Shown: positions 20,259 through 33,396 of the stretch, in pieces
How the letters are laid out: every line of letters begins with the position of its first letter
Position numbering within the stretch: the first letter of the stretch is position 1
Assembly: GCA_965203965.1 (NCBI GenBank)
Contig: CBDBDR010000017.1
Coordinates: 1,088,001-1,152,000 of the forward strand
Reading direction: 5' to 3'
Source: Thermodesulfobacteriota bacterium
Lineage (GTDB): Bacteria > Desulfobacterota_D > UBA1144 > Nemesobacterales > JAJCZQ01
Length of the DNA: 64,000 nt
Position numbers and translations under genes: made by a program
Notes under the pieces: model-generated
Database searches by the model: none
The model's input: the letters and a program-made list of their open reading frames with translations, nothing else
What the model was told of the DNA's origin: nothing

Positions 20259-21275
20259 TTAAGCCAAGGCAGCCTCTTTTATTCTGGCAAAGACCATCTT
20301 CCCAGTTGAAGTCTGAAGAACACTCTTTACGGTAACCTGAATCTCTTTTCCCAGATGCTTGCGTCCCTCCTCAACCACCACCATTGTACCGTCATCAAGA
20401 TAGCCGACCGCCTGATGATAATCTTTACCTTCCTTCACAAGTTTGATCTGAATTATGTCGTCCGACATTACTGCGGACCTCAAGACGCTTGAAAGTTCGT
20501 TTAAGTTTAAAACCCTTATGTTCTGTATGGATGCAACCTTATTTAAGTTTGAGTCGTTGGTAACTATAACGGCATCCATAATCTTTGCCAATTCCACCAG
20601 TTTGAGGTCTGCTTCCTTGATGCGGGGAAAATCGTAATTTGTTATTTTTATACTGAATCCGTCTATACCACTTTGCATTTTTTTAAGTATATCAAGTCCC
20701 CTTTTACCTCGGACCCGCCTTGTGCTGTCCGGAGAATCTGCAATATACTGCAATTCCTTGATTATAAACTCGGGAACAATTACACTACCATCCAGAAAAC
20801 CGGCTTCTGCAATGTCTGATATTCTCCCGTCAATAATAACGCTCGTATCCAGAATTTTTATTTTAGGTTTTTCGCCAATTTCACTCCCTGTAAAACTAAA
20901 CCTCTTGAAAGAATGGCCGTAGTCGCCACCTTCACCTTTATATATTCCAAATGATATTCCCAGTGACAGTAAAAAACAGAAACCTATCACCTTACTAACA
21001 ATGATCAAATTTGCTGGAATGCCAGATGAGTCTACAACCTGCGACAAACTAAAAAAGATCAGCATGGAAACAGTAATGCTAATGCCTATGGCAATAACGG
21101 ATCTTACAGATAATTTCTGGGATAGAAAATGGATGATCAAAAAAAACAACAGTGAGCATAATGAAATAACCACAGTCAGGTAAAAAGATTGGCTGAGCGA
21201 ATAATCAGCAATATTGTGTAATACAACAAAACTCACTATTCCAATCACCACTGAAAAGAATATGTCCAGTATCAT
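20259..21275 (-). CDS. PIN/TRAM domain membrane protein (YacL-like)
   Basis: LDTSVIIDGRI, ELQYIADS, GYLDDGTMVVVE, LQTSTGKMVF; typical position upstream of ispDF. Confidence 0.9.
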   Translation of the reverse strand: MILDIFFSVVIGIVSFVVLHNIADYSLSQSFYLTVVISLCSLLFFLIIHFLSQKLSVRSVIAIGISITVSMLIFFSLSQVVDSSGIPANLIIVSKVIGFCFLLSLGISFGIYKGEGGDYGHSFKRFSFTGSEIGEKPKIKILDTSVIIDGRISDIAEAGFLDGSVIVPEFIIKELQYIADSPDSTRRVRGKRGLDILKKMQSGIDGFSIKITNYDFPRIKEADLKLVELAKIMDAVIVTNDSNLNKVASIQNIRVLNLNELSSVLRSAVMSDDIIQIKLVKEGKDYHQAVGYLDDGTMVVVEEGRKHLGKEIQVTVKSVLQTSTGKMVFARIKEAALA

Positions 21276-21424
21276 ATCATCTAACCTTTTTGAATTACCA
21301 TTTCATAGTAAATTGACATCACAGTTAATTATATTTAATAAAGCAACCATAGACAAATAGAACTATCCAGATTGAAATTCATACTGCTCATGCTAACTTA
21401 TTTATCTACCCGTAAGGAACCTCA

Positions 21425-22177
21425 ATGAGAATTTACACGCTTGCAAGTGGCAGCTCAGGCAACTCCCTCTACATAGAATCTGAATACTCCAAAATACTTG
21501 TTGATGCCGGACTCCGTCCGAGAGTTCTAAAAAACAGACTAATATCTCTGGGAGTGGATTTGAGCCAAATTGACGCAGCTATTATTACCCATGAGCATAC
21601 GGACCATACAAGGTCAATAACAAAACTACCAATCCCTATTTATGTATCAGCCAAAACAGTTCACTTATGGAAAAACAAGGTTGAGAAACTGAACCAGTTT
21701 GAAAACAACGGGCAGTTTGCAATAAAAGACATGAAAGTCACCCCTTTTTCAGTTCCCCACGATGCAATTGACCCAGTGGGTTTCACGATTGAATTTGATG
21801 GAACAAAAATCAGCATCGTAACAGATATTGGATACGCTACCGGTCTTGTCATTGAAAGGTTGCAAAAATCAAACATACTCGTATTGGAGTCAAACCATGA
21901 CATGAAAATGTTACTTTACGGTAGCTATCCGTGGGAGTTGAAGCAAAGAATAAAAGGGAAACTGGGACATCTTTCCAATTCACAGTCTGCATCTCTCCTT
22001 AATGCTGTTTACCACGATGGAATACGGCATGTTATCCTGGCACATTTAAGCAGGGTAAACAACTGTCCGCAGGTTGCTCATAGTGAGTTCGCAGCCATAC
22101 TGAAAAATAAAGGGAACGATCACACAAATATCCATCTCGCACCGAGAAATTCCGTTGCAGAGGTAACAAACTCTTGA
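21425..22177 (+). CDS. MBL-fold metallo-hydrolase (YycJ/WalJ-like)
   Basis: LASGSSGN, THEHTDH, HDA..PVGF, ESNHD, GHLSN, HLS. Confidence 0.9.
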   Translation: MRIYTLASGSSGNSLYIESEYSKILVDAGLRPRVLKNRLISLGVDLSQIDAAIITHEHTDHTRSITKLPIPIYVSAKTVHLWKNKVEKLNQFENNGQFAIKDMKVTPFSVPHDAIDPVGFTIEFDGTKISIVTDIGYATGLVIERLQKSNILVLESNHDMKMLLYGSYPWELKQRIKGKLGHLSNSQSASLLNAVYHDGIRHVILAHLSRVNNCPQVAHSEFAAILKNKGNDHTNIHLAPRNSVAEVTNS

Positions 22178-23466
22178 TAGGCAGATATTCCAGAGAAAAA
22201 ATGTCACAAATTTGGACTGATGAAGCCAAATACCAAAACTGGCTCAAGGTTGAAATAGCAGTCTGTGAAGCATGGGCGGAGCTCGGTGTAATTCCCCGAA
22301 GATCCCTGAACATTATTAGAAAAAAAGCTAAATTCAATGTGGAAAGGATCAACAAATTAGAGAAAGATCTAAAACACGACGTAATCGCCTTCCTAACCTG
22401 TGTTGCTGAAAACGTTGGAAACGACTCAAGGTTCATACACTTGGGACTAACGTCCTCCGACATAATTGATACCTCATTTTCAATGCAATTAAGAGACACA
22501 AGCAACATTATCATAGAAGATATACAAAACCTGCTCCAAGAGCTAAAAAAAATGGCTTATGAACATAAAAATACTCCTATGATAGGAAGATCTCATGGTA
22601 TTCACGCTGAACCTAAAACCCTGGGTCTTGTGTTTGCTCTTTGGTATGATGAATTCAACAGAAATCTTGAAAGAATGATAAGGGCAAGAAAAACGGTAAG
22701 CGTGGGTATGATGTCAGGCGCCGTGGGAACTTATGCCAATATTGATCCAAAAGTAGAAGAAATCGCGTGTGCAAAGCTGGGACTCATGCCTGCAAATATC
22801 TCAACGCAAGTGATCCATCGTGATATACATGCCGAGTATTTTTTGACTCTTTCTCTCATAGCAGCAGCCGTTGAAAGAGTAGCAACCGAGGTCAGGCACT
22901 TTCAAAGAACCGAGGTTCTGGAGATTGAAGAGTTTTTTGACAAGAAACAAAAAGGCTCCTCTGCCATGCCTCACAAACGAAACCCCGTGCTTTCAGAAAA
23001 CCTCTGTGGTTTATCAAGATTGGTGAGATCTTCAGTAATACCTGCACTGGAGAACATCTCTCTATGGCACGATAGGGACATAAGCCACTCATCGGTTGAA
23101 CGTGTAATAGGTCCCGATTCAGCAATACTGACGGACTTTATGCTGAACAGGCTAACCACCATGGTCAGTAAGCTAAAAATATACTCGGACAATTTAGAAA
23201 GGAACATCTGGACGACAAACGGACTTGTGTTTTCCCAAAAAGTGCTTTTAAAACTTATTTCCAAAGGCTATACCAGGGAAAAAGCTTATTCTATCGTTCA
23301 ACGAAACGCCATGAAATGCTGGAAATCAAAAAACAATTTTATGGAACTGCTATCAAAGGATAAAAACGTTAAATCTGTCCTTAATAATGACGAACTTGCT
23401 TCTTGTTTTGAAATTGATCCATACCTCAAAAACGTTGATTTTATTTTTGGCAAAGTGTTTTCCTGA
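22174..23466 (+). CDS. purB: adenylosuccinate lyase
   Basis: HDVIAF, GRSHGIHAEP, GSSAMPHKRNP. Confidence 0.97.
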   Translation: MIGRYSREKMSQIWTDEAKYQNWLKVEIAVCEAWAELGVIPRRSLNIIRKKAKFNVERINKLEKDLKHDVIAFLTCVAENVGNDSRFIHLGLTSSDIIDTSFSMQLRDTSNIIIEDIQNLLQELKKMAYEHKNTPMIGRSHGIHAEPKTLGLVFALWYDEFNRNLERMIRARKTVSVGMMSGAVGTYANIDPKVEEIACAKLGLMPANISTQVIHRDIHAEYFLTLSLIAAAVERVATEVRHFQRTEVLEIEEFFDKKQKGSSAMPHKRNPVLSENLCGLSRLVRSSVIPALENISLWHDRDISHSSVERVIGPDSAILTDFMLNRLTTMVSKLKIYSDNLERNIWTTNGLVFSQKVLLKLISKGYTREKAYSIVQRNAMKCWKSKNNFMELLSKDKNVKSVLNNDELASCFEIDPYLKNVDFIFGKVFS

Positions 23467-23563
23467 AAAAACATCTGCAATAATAATTGATTTATATAAT
23501 ACTGATTGGTATCTTTCCTGAATAGTGTTACTAAATCAAAGTTGTGGTGGAGGATATAAATTA

Positions 23564-24568
23564 ATGAAAAAGTTTCTGATTTTGATTTCACTTCTCGGTT
23601 TACCTCTGACTTTATCATGCGATAAGATAAGCAAAGCTGAAACCATGAAGAAAGAGATAAGCCAAGAGACACAAGACAGGCTAGTTTCTTTCTTCAAATC
23701 AAAGCATAGTTCAATGCTTCCTGCCAATACGGAAGTAAAACTCGGAGATTTCAAAGAAAGTGAAGCAAAGGGTCTCACTCAAGGAGTGTTTAAATTATCA
23801 ATACCCGGCAGTCAGCAGGATATACCCGTTCCGTTCCTGATAGGAGAAGACAGTAAACACATAATTATCAATCTGGCGAAAATAGTAAACCTTGGAGAAT
23901 TGGAAAAATCGAAAATAAATGGATTTAATGAAGGAAAGATAGATTTAGCGGTAAACCCTCTTCCTATACTGGTAAGTGAAGACGGCAGCCAATTAATTGT
24001 AGGAGAGATACTTGACTCCAGCGTTGACCCTCGCCAGGAAGTTATCAGCAATATACAGCTTGATAACGTCCCGTTCAAGGGTGAAAAAGACGCAAAAATT
24101 ACGGTGGTTGAATACTCGGATTTTCAGTGTCCATACTGTAAAAGCGCAAGTGACGCAATACCAAACTTGATTGAAGAGTATAAGGGAAAGATAAAGTTGG
24201 TTTTTAAGCAGTTTCCATTACCAAATCACCATTGGGCAAAACCCGCTTCAATAGCCTCTCTTTGTGCTTATGAGCAGGATAACGACAAGTTCTGGAAATA
24301 CCACGACCTTATATTTGCAAGCCAGAGGGACATAACACTGGCAAATTCAAAGGAGAAGTTTAAAGAGTTTGCAAAAAAGTCCGACTTGAACGAGGATGAA
24401 TTTAATAAATGCCTGAGTTCCAAAACCATCGCTGAAAAGGTTGAAGCAGAAATAAATGAAGGCCGTGGAGTTGGCGTGAACTCAACTCCAACCTTTATCG
24501 TTGATGGACTTATAATTCCTGGGGCAGACATGAAAAGGGTCAGGAATGAAATAAACTCCAGATTGTAA
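23564..24568 (+). CDS. DsbA/BdbD-like thioredoxin-domain lipoprotein
   Basis: Lipobox-like LTLSC; EYSDFQCPYC, FPL..H, GVNSTPTF. Confidence 0.85.
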   Translation: MKKFLILISLLGLPLTLSCDKISKAETMKKEISQETQDRLVSFFKSKHSSMLPANTEVKLGDFKESEAKGLTQGVFKLSIPGSQQDIPVPFLIGEDSKHIIINLAKIVNLGELEKSKINGFNEGKIDLAVNPLPILVSEDGSQLIVGEILDSSVDPRQEVISNIQLDNVPFKGEKDAKITVVEYSDFQCPYCKSASDAIPNLIEEYKGKIKLVFKQFPLPNHHWAKPASIASLCAYEQDNDKFWKYHDLIFASQRDITLANSKEKFKEFAKKSDLNEDEFNKCLSSKTIAEKVEAEINEGRGVGVNSTPTFIVDGLIIPGADMKRVRNEINSRL

Positions 24569-24688
24569 GTCTTGATTAGGATGTTAACTCAAAACATCTG
24601 AAAAAACGTACAAGTTGGATCTGAAAATCTCCGACTGTTCTTCACAAACTAAAGCGAGTTCCAGCGTGTTTTTGGAAACCGCATCAAG

Positions 24689-25939
24689 ATGGTCATGGAA
24701 GTAATAGAACAATTAAACCAAAAGGCAGAGTCCAAGTCCGATGAGTTGAAAAAATGGTTTGAAAGCCACTTAAAAAATATACTCATTCCCCTTTACTCTT
24801 CTGTTGATCTCAGGGTGGCAGATAAAAAGATCGTTCCCGTTGATACCAACATATTCCCAGCAGGATATAACAATCTTACGGAAAATTTCCGAATTAACAC
24901 CGGTAGACTGTTTAAAAGGGTGCTGAGCAAAAAATACCCAAATTCCGGAAAAATTTTGATAATCTCTGAACTTCACACTAAAAACAGTTTTTACTGGGAA
25001 AATGTAAGAACTCTTAAAACAATTCTGGAAAACGTGGAATATGAAGTACAGGTTGGCATTGTGGATAAGAGATTTACCTTGGATAAATTTGCATTTACTA
25101 CGGCAAGTGGTGCTGAAGTCGAAGCGCATAAGATCATAGACAAAGGCCGCAGGGTTTTTGTTGATGGATTTGATCCGGACGTAATACTGCTCAACAACGA
25201 TTTTTCTGAAAAATGTCCTAAAAATCTAAGGGACACCATACAACCCGTGGAGCCACCCGTCGAAATGGGCTGGCACAGCAGGCGCAAAGACACACATTTT
25301 GAGTTCTACAATTCCCTTGCCCGTGAGGTGGCAAAAATATTGGAAATTGACCCTTGGATCATAAGCATAGAGACACGTCTGGTCAAAGACGTGAATTTTG
25401 AAACGATAAAAGACAGGAATAAAGTATATGAAGTTGCGAATAAACAACTTTCATTTCTAAAAAAACAGTATGCAAACAGGAATATAGAATACGAACCGAC
25501 GCTTTTTATTAAAAGTAATTCAGGCACATACGGAATGGCTGTATTAGGCATTACAAATGCAGAATCAATAGTTCTAATGAACTCAAATAACAGGAAAAGA
25601 TTAAGGGTTACAAAAGGCGGAAGACCCGTAAGAGATTTCATTGTGCAGGAATGTATCCCCACTGTTCTGAAAACAAAAGAAGGCAATTTTGCTGAACCCG
25701 TTATCTATCTTGTTGACAACGAAGTGGCAGGAGGATTTTTCAGGGTTAATGCGGAAAAGAAAGAAAACGAAAATCTTAATTCAAAAGGCATGGCTTTTGA
25801 GCCTTTTATCAATACAGTAGGTGGATTTGACAGCATACCTCCAATCTTTGAACTGATCTCCAAAGTAGCAGTTATTGCATCTGGATACGAAATAGAAAAA
25901 ATAATAATGGAAGGTGGTTGCAGGGAAACCGCGAGTTAA
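24689..25939 (+). CDS. gshA: glutamate--cysteine ligase (GshA, ATP-grasp-type proteobacterial family)
   Basis: PLYSSVDLR, PVDTNIFPAGYNNL, LLNNDFS, GWHSRRK..HF, GTYGM, NLNSKGM.F. Confidence 0.85.
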   Translation: MVMEVIEQLNQKAESKSDELKKWFESHLKNILIPLYSSVDLRVADKKIVPVDTNIFPAGYNNLTENFRINTGRLFKRVLSKKYPNSGKILIISELHTKNSFYWENVRTLKTILENVEYEVQVGIVDKRFTLDKFAFTTASGAEVEAHKIIDKGRRVFVDGFDPDVILLNNDFSEKCPKNLRDTIQPVEPPVEMGWHSRRKDTHFEFYNSLAREVAKILEIDPWIISIETRLVKDVNFETIKDRNKVYEVANKQLSFLKKQYANRNIEYEPTLFIKSNSGTYGMAVLGITNAESIVLMNSNNRKRLRVTKGGRPVRDFIVQECIPTVLKTKEGNFAEPVIYLVDNEVAGGFFRVNAEKKENENLNSKGMAFEPFINTVGGFDSIPPIFELISKVAVIASGYEIEKIIMEGGCRETAS

Positions 25940-26070
25940 TCCTCTATCTCAAATTCCAATCAAAAAAAATTAACTCCTCCGACAGAATTTGAATTGATTC
26001 TGATTTCCAATTAGGTAGAAACTTACAGATTTACAGTCTCATTTAATCAACCAAATTAAAGGACGTTCAG

Positions 26071-27312
26071 TTGACAGAACATTTAACCGTAGAAAATTTC
26101 CTTCTCGCTCTGGTTTTGTTATTTGTTTTTGCCAAGGGGTTGGGGGAGCTTTTTGAAAGAATAAAACTCCCTGCTGTTCTGGGCGAACTGACAGCCGGAA
26201 TAATACTTGGCGGAAGTATACTTGCAATTGTTCCATCCGCAGCCGGACAGGTTGGCTATGACACGTTTCACCTGCTTGCAGAAGTGGGAGTGGCAATACT
26301 ACTTTTTGAAATAGGACTTGAGACCGATATTGACGACCTAGTAAAAGTGGGTCCAAAATCAACTTTGGTGGCGATAGTGGGAATTGTAGCTCCTTTTTTT
26401 CTTGGTTTTTTCAGTATTATCGCACTTCAAAAATTTGAAATACTGGACGTTGACACTCAGCTTTTAATGTTGGTGGCAATCACCACTGGTGCAACTCTTG
26501 CCGCAACCAGTGTGGGTATTACCGCTCGCGTGCTTTCGGATCTTAACAAGTTGAACACGAAAGAGTCCAAAATAATTCTCGGCGCAGCCGTCATTGATGA
26601 TGTTCTCGGCTTGATAATACTCGGCCTTGTAACCGGCTTAATTGAGGCATTTAAGAGCAGCGCCGGTAGCGGAGTGTCGCTTATGCAGGTAGCTGTTATA
26701 ATGGTCAAGGCATTTGGATTCCTATTGGTTTCAATTCTCCTCGGAAATCTGATTCGTAAACCGGTCTTTAACTTCATTGGCAAATTAAAGGCCAGAGGCA
26801 TACTACTGATTTACTCACTGGCTTTTGCCTTTTTATACTCATACGTGGCAAGCCTGATGGGACTTGCACCAATCGTGGGAGCTTTTGCAGCTGGATTGGT
26901 GCTTCGAAAAACAGAACAATTTAAAATCATTGAAAATAGCTTAAAACCCGTTTCCGATTTTTTCACACTGATATTTTTTGTGGTTATAGGTGCAGCGGTG
27001 GATATTTTTGTTTTCAACCCGTTTGTGCCGGGTAACAGCAGTATAATGCTTGTAGCACTGATATTGTTTGTTTTAGCCGTAATCGGAAAATACATAAGCG
27101 GTTACGCTGTGATCGATAAAGACATTGACTCAAAAGTGATTGGAATAGGTATGATACCGCGTGGAGAAGTTGGGTTGATTTTTGCACAGGTTGGGTTAAG
27201 CTATGGGGTTTTTGACTCGGGGCTTTTTTCAGCAGTAACCGTTATGGTGATGCTGACAACTTTTGTAGCACCACCGTTGCTACAACTCGCCTTCAAAAAA
27301 AATAAGAATTAA
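26071..27312 (+). CDS. CPA2-family cation:proton antiporter
   Basis: LFEIGLE, ATSVGIT.RVL, GAAVIDDVLG, GMIPRGEVGLIFA. Confidence 0.9.
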   Translation: MTEHLTVENFLLALVLLFVFAKGLGELFERIKLPAVLGELTAGIILGGSILAIVPSAAGQVGYDTFHLLAEVGVAILLFEIGLETDIDDLVKVGPKSTLVAIVGIVAPFFLGFFSIIALQKFEILDVDTQLLMLVAITTGATLAATSVGITARVLSDLNKLNTKESKIILGAAVIDDVLGLIILGLVTGLIEAFKSSAGSGVSLMQVAVIMVKAFGFLLVSILLGNLIRKPVFNFIGKLKARGILLIYSLAFAFLYSYVASLMGLAPIVGAFAAGLVLRKTEQFKIIENSLKPVSDFFTLIFFVVIGAAVDIFVFNPFVPGNSSIMLVALILFVLAVIGKYISGYAVIDKDIDSKVIGIGMIPRGEVGLIFAQVGLSYGVFDSGLFSAVTVMVMLTTFVAPPLLQLAFKKNKN

Positions 27313-27819
27313 ATGAAAAATTTTATAAAAATTACAGGCTATATACTTATTTTTTTATCTGCTACGACAAACTCCCATGCAGCTGGAGATAATCTGCTGA
27401 GTGTGGATAAAACGATACTTGTTCAACTTGTTATTGTAATTGTCGCACTTTACGCATTGAACGTATTAATATTTAAACCCTTGCTTGGATTGCTGGACAG
27501 GAGGGAGAAGCTAACCAGAGGGACCCTGGGAGAAGCAAAAAACCTGACGGGAAAAGCAGAAAAACTGATTGAAGACTACAACAGGCAAATTGACGATGCC
27601 AGAACCATGGCAAACAAGCAAAGAACAGAAATAAGAAAGGAAGCCCAGCAGGCAGCAGCAAAGATGATATCCGAAGCAAGGCAGGAATCACAGATACTTT
27701 TAGCAAACTATAAGAAAGATCTGGATGCTCAAGCTAAAAGCGTCAAAGAAAAAATAAAACCAGAAATAGAGAATTTGGCAGGCAATATTGCTTCAAAGAT
27801 CCTCGGAACGGAGGTTTAG
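27313..27819 (+). CDS. ATP synthase F0 subunit b'
   Basis: TM followed by FKPL..LLDRRE and a coiled coil; precedes b and delta. Confidence 0.85.
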   Translation: MKNFIKITGYILIFLSATTNSHAAGDNLLSVDKTILVQLVIVIVALYALNVLIFKPLLGLLDRREKLTRGTLGEAKNLTGKAEKLIEDYNRQIDDARTMANKQRTEIRKEAQQAAAKMISEARQESQILLANYKKDLDAQAKSVKEKIKPEIENLAGNIASKILGTEV

Positions 27820-27820
27820 T

Positions 27821-28318
27821 TTGGATCCATTCAACTGGTCATTTGTAATCAAGCATGCAATCAACCTTCTGATACTGGTTGGAATACTTGTCTATTACAC
27901 AAGGAAGCCAATAAAAAAAGCTCTGGAGAAAAGAAGATCAAATCTGGGCAGAGAAATTGACAGGGCGAGAGAAGAAATAGATAACGCAAAAAGAAAATTT
28001 GATGAATACTCAAGCAAACTAAAGAGTCTTGATTCGGAGGCATCTTCTCTTAGAAAATCAATAGTGGAGTTGGGAGAAAAAGAAAAAAGCGAGATCATAG
28101 AACAAGCTGAACAGGCATGTAAATTGATAAAAAAAGAGACTCAGGAAACCATTGAGCTTGAAGTTTTCAGAGCAAAACAGAAAATAGAACAGGAAGTAAT
28201 TGCAAACTCATTGGAACTTGCTGAAAAATTGGTAAGGGAAAAAATGGGCGACGAATATAACTCAGAATCCGTTGATAAAATGGTTTCACAGATAGAGGAA
28301 AGTAAATGGCTTCAATAG
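27821..28318 (+). CDS. atpF: ATP synthase F0 subunit b
   Basis: GGAGG + TTG start; INLLILVGILVYY..KPI...L..R; coiled coil. Confidence 0.85.
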   Translation: MDPFNWSFVIKHAINLLILVGILVYYTRKPIKKALEKRRSNLGREIDRAREEIDNAKRKFDEYSSKLKSLDSEASSLRKSIVELGEKEKSEIIEQAEQACKLIKKETQETIELEVFRAKQKIEQEVIANSLELAEKLVREKMGDEYNSESVDKMVSQIEESKWLQ

Positions 28319-28845
28319 CTACATTAAGGGATCTTTCAGATGCTCTGACTGAAACGAGTATGGAAAGCGACAACATAAAAAATGTAATTTCGGATCTGTT
28401 GGCATTTTTCAACCTGCTGTCAGAAAACGAAGAATTAAAAAATATTCTTACCACTACTGCTTTTGAAGTTGAAGAAAGAAGGGAGATAATTTCAGATATA
28501 TCTGAGAGCCTGAAAATGAGCACAGAAGCAAAAAATTTTCTGGTAGTGGCTTCCGAACTTGGTAAATTCAGTGCACTGCTGAACAAAAAGGATTTTATTA
28601 TAAGGAGATTGGAATTGGCAGCCGGGAAATTAAAAACAGAGATCACATCAGCAAGATCTTTAACCGAAAATGAACTAAGCAAAATAAAAAAATCTTTAAT
28701 CAAAACAACGGGTAAAAAAATAGAAAGCAGCGTTAGTATAGATGCTTCCATTATCGGAGGGCTCATAATCAAGATAGAAGGGAAGGTCTATGACAACAGT
28801 ATAAAAACTCGATTGGAAAAACTTCAGTCGGCATTAACCGCGTAG
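28306..28845 (+). CDS. atpH: ATP synthase F1 subunit delta
   Basis: ITSARSL, IDASIIGGLIIKI...YDNSIKTRL. Confidence 0.9.
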   Translation: MASIATLRDLSDALTETSMESDNIKNVISDLLAFFNLLSENEELKNILTTTAFEVEERREIISDISESLKMSTEAKNFLVVASELGKFSALLNKKDFIIRRLELAAGKLKTEITSARSLTENELSKIKKSLIKTTGKKIESSVSIDASIIGGLIIKIEGKVYDNSIKTRLEKLQSALTA

Positions 28846-28877
28846 CAATGTAACACATTTTGAGCAAGGAGCTTACC

Positions 28878-30395
28878 ATGGACGAATTGAGAGTTGAAAA
28901 CATAGGCGAGATATTACGAAATCGAATAAAAGGCTATGATGAAAAAGTAGACACTGCAGAGATCGGAACGGTGCTTTCAGTAGGAGATGGTATCGTCCGC
29001 GCTTATGGACTTGATCAAGTAAAGGCCGGAGAGCTTGTGGAGTTTAAAAGCGGAGTATCAGGTCTTGTTCTTAACTTGGAAGAAGATAACATCGGTATTG
29101 CCCTGTTTGGTGAAGACACAGAAGTCGCTCAGGGTGACATCGTAAAACGTACGGGAAAAATTGCCGAAATCCCAGTTGGGGAAGCAATGAAAGGCAGGGT
29201 CATAGACTCACTCGGACTTCCTCTTGACGGAAAAGGTGAAATTGCCACCACTGAAACGCGGCAGATAGAGGTTAAGGCGCCGGGTGTTGTTTACAGGCAA
29301 TCAGTAAAAGAACCTCTTCAGACCGGGATAAAGGCAATTGATGCAATGATACCCATAGGCAGGGGACAGAGAGAGCTTATACTCGGAGACAGGCAAACAG
29401 GTAAGACAGCAATTGCAATTGACACTATAATTAATCAGAAAAACGAAGATGTTTACTGTATTTACGTGGCGATCGGACAGAAGCAGTCAACCGTTGCTCA
29501 GGTTGTTGATAAATTAAAGGAGCACGGTGCAATGGAATACACAACAATCGTATCAGCAACAGCAAGCACACCTGCCCCTTTTCAGTTCCTGGCGCCTTTT
29601 GCAGGTTGTGCTTTAGGTGAATACTTCCGGGATTCCGGCAAGCATGCACTTATAATTTATGATGATTTGACTAAGCATGCTTGGGCATACAGACAGTTAT
29701 CTTTGCTCCTCAAAAGACCACCGGGACGTGAAGCATACCCCGGAGATGTGTTCTATCTTCATTCAAGGCTACTTGAACGTGCCGCTAAAATGAGAAATGA
29801 AGACGGCGGTGGTTCCCTAACCGCTCTTCCAATTATAGAAACACAGGCTGGCGATGTTTCAGCTTATATTCCAACAAACGTTATTTCTATTACAGACGGT
29901 CAGATATACCTTGAAAGCGACCTTTTCTACTCAGGTATCAGACCTGCAATTAACGTTGGACTTTCAGTTTCCAGAGTAGGTGGTTCCGCACAGATCAAGG
30001 CAATGAAAAGCGTGGCAGGCACTTTAAGGCTGGAGCTCGCACAATACAGAGAAGTTGAGGCGTTTTCACAGTTTGCATCGGACCTTGACCCAGCCACTCA
30101 AGCACAGTTAGCACGGGGCAATCGACTGGTTGAATCACTGAAGCAAGGTCAATATCAACCGCTTGCCGTTGAAAAGCAAATACTCGCAATTTTTGCAGTA
30201 ACCAACGGTTACGTGGATAAATACGATTCCTCAGCCGTGCAAAAATATGAGAAAGAAATGCTCTCTTATTTTGAATCCAAGCATCAGAATATCCTTGATG
30301 AGATCAAAGAAAAGAAGGTTATTTCAGAAACAATGGCAGAACAAATAAGAACCGCGCTTGATGAACTGGCAAAACAATTAGGTGATTTTAAATAA
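28878..30395 (+). CDS. atpA: ATP synthase F1 subunit alpha
   Basis: [32 protein letters not shown]. Confidence 0.98.
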   Translation: MDELRVENIGEILRNRIKGYDEKVDTAEIGTVLSVGDGIVRAYGLDQVKAGELVEFKSGVSGLVLNLEEDNIGIALFGEDTEVAQGDIVKRTGKIAEIPVGEAMKGRVIDSLGLPLDGKGEIATTETRQIEVKAPGVVYRQSVKEPLQTGIKAIDAMIPIGRGQRELILGDRQTGKTAIAIDTIINQKNEDVYCIYVAIGQKQSTVAQVVDKLKEHGAMEYTTIVSATASTPAPFQFLAPFAGCALGEYFRDSGKHALIIYDDLTKHAWAYRQLSLLLKRPPGREAYPGDVFYLHSRLLERAAKMRNEDGGGSLTALPIIETQAGDVSAYIPTNVISITDGQIYLESDLFYSGIRPAINVGLSVSRVGGSAQIKAMKSVAGTLRLELAQYREVEAFSQFASDLDPATQAQLARGNRLVESLKQGQYQPLAVEKQILAIFAVTNGYVDKYDSSAVQKYEKEMLSYFESKHQNILDEIKEKKVISETMAEQIRTALDELAKQLGDFK

Positions 30396-30396
30396 C

Positions 30397-32750
<2,354 letters not shown>

Positions 32751-32767
32751 TCAACCAGGATAAGAAT

Positions 32768-33178
32768 TTGTCTGAATCTATAAATCTCAAAATAATAACA
32801 CCCAAGATGCTTGTAATAGACGAGCAGGTTAAACTGGTAGCGGCTCCGGGACAGCTAGGAGAATTTGGAATACTCCCCGGTCATGTTCCATTTATCTCAA
32901 CTCTCTCACCGGGATATGTGAAATTTACCGCAGAAGAAAGCACAGAGGCAAAATCTATAATCATTCACGGAGGACTTGCCGAAGTGAGCGAAGACACTGT
33001 CAGAATACTCACTGACGACGCTGAATTCCCGGACTCAATTGACAATGAAACAGCAAGAAAAGAGCTTGAGTTTATTGAAAATCAGATTAAAGAGCATTCG
33101 GGAGATTCAAAGAAACTGAAGGAACTTAATCACAAACTCAAACTAGCACAAGTTAGAGCTTCAATCTCACCCAAGTAA
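32768..33178 (+). CDS. atpC: ATP synthase F1 subunit epsilon
   Basis: IITP, PGQLGEFGILPGH, GGLAEV. Confidence 0.93.
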   Translation: MSESINLKIITPKMLVIDEQVKLVAAPGQLGEFGILPGHVPFISTLSPGYVKFTAEESTEAKSIIIHGGLAEVSEDTVRILTDDAEFPDSIDNETARKELEFIENQIKEHSGDSKKLKELNHKLKLAQVRASISPK

Positions 33179-33396
33179 AGCTAAAAATTTGTTTCTTAAT
33201 ATAACGGGACACGTAAAGAGGAATTCAAACGGGGAAACGATCCTTGTTAAACACTGTTTAAATCCTGTTTAATTGCCATTAAAGCGTCAATAATTCCGCT
33301 AAAAGACCTCTCTAATACGAATTTCTCTGGGGTTTATACTGGAACTTATTTGCTCTTTGCAATTGACTATTTCTTTGTTCCAATCTCGCAATTTGC

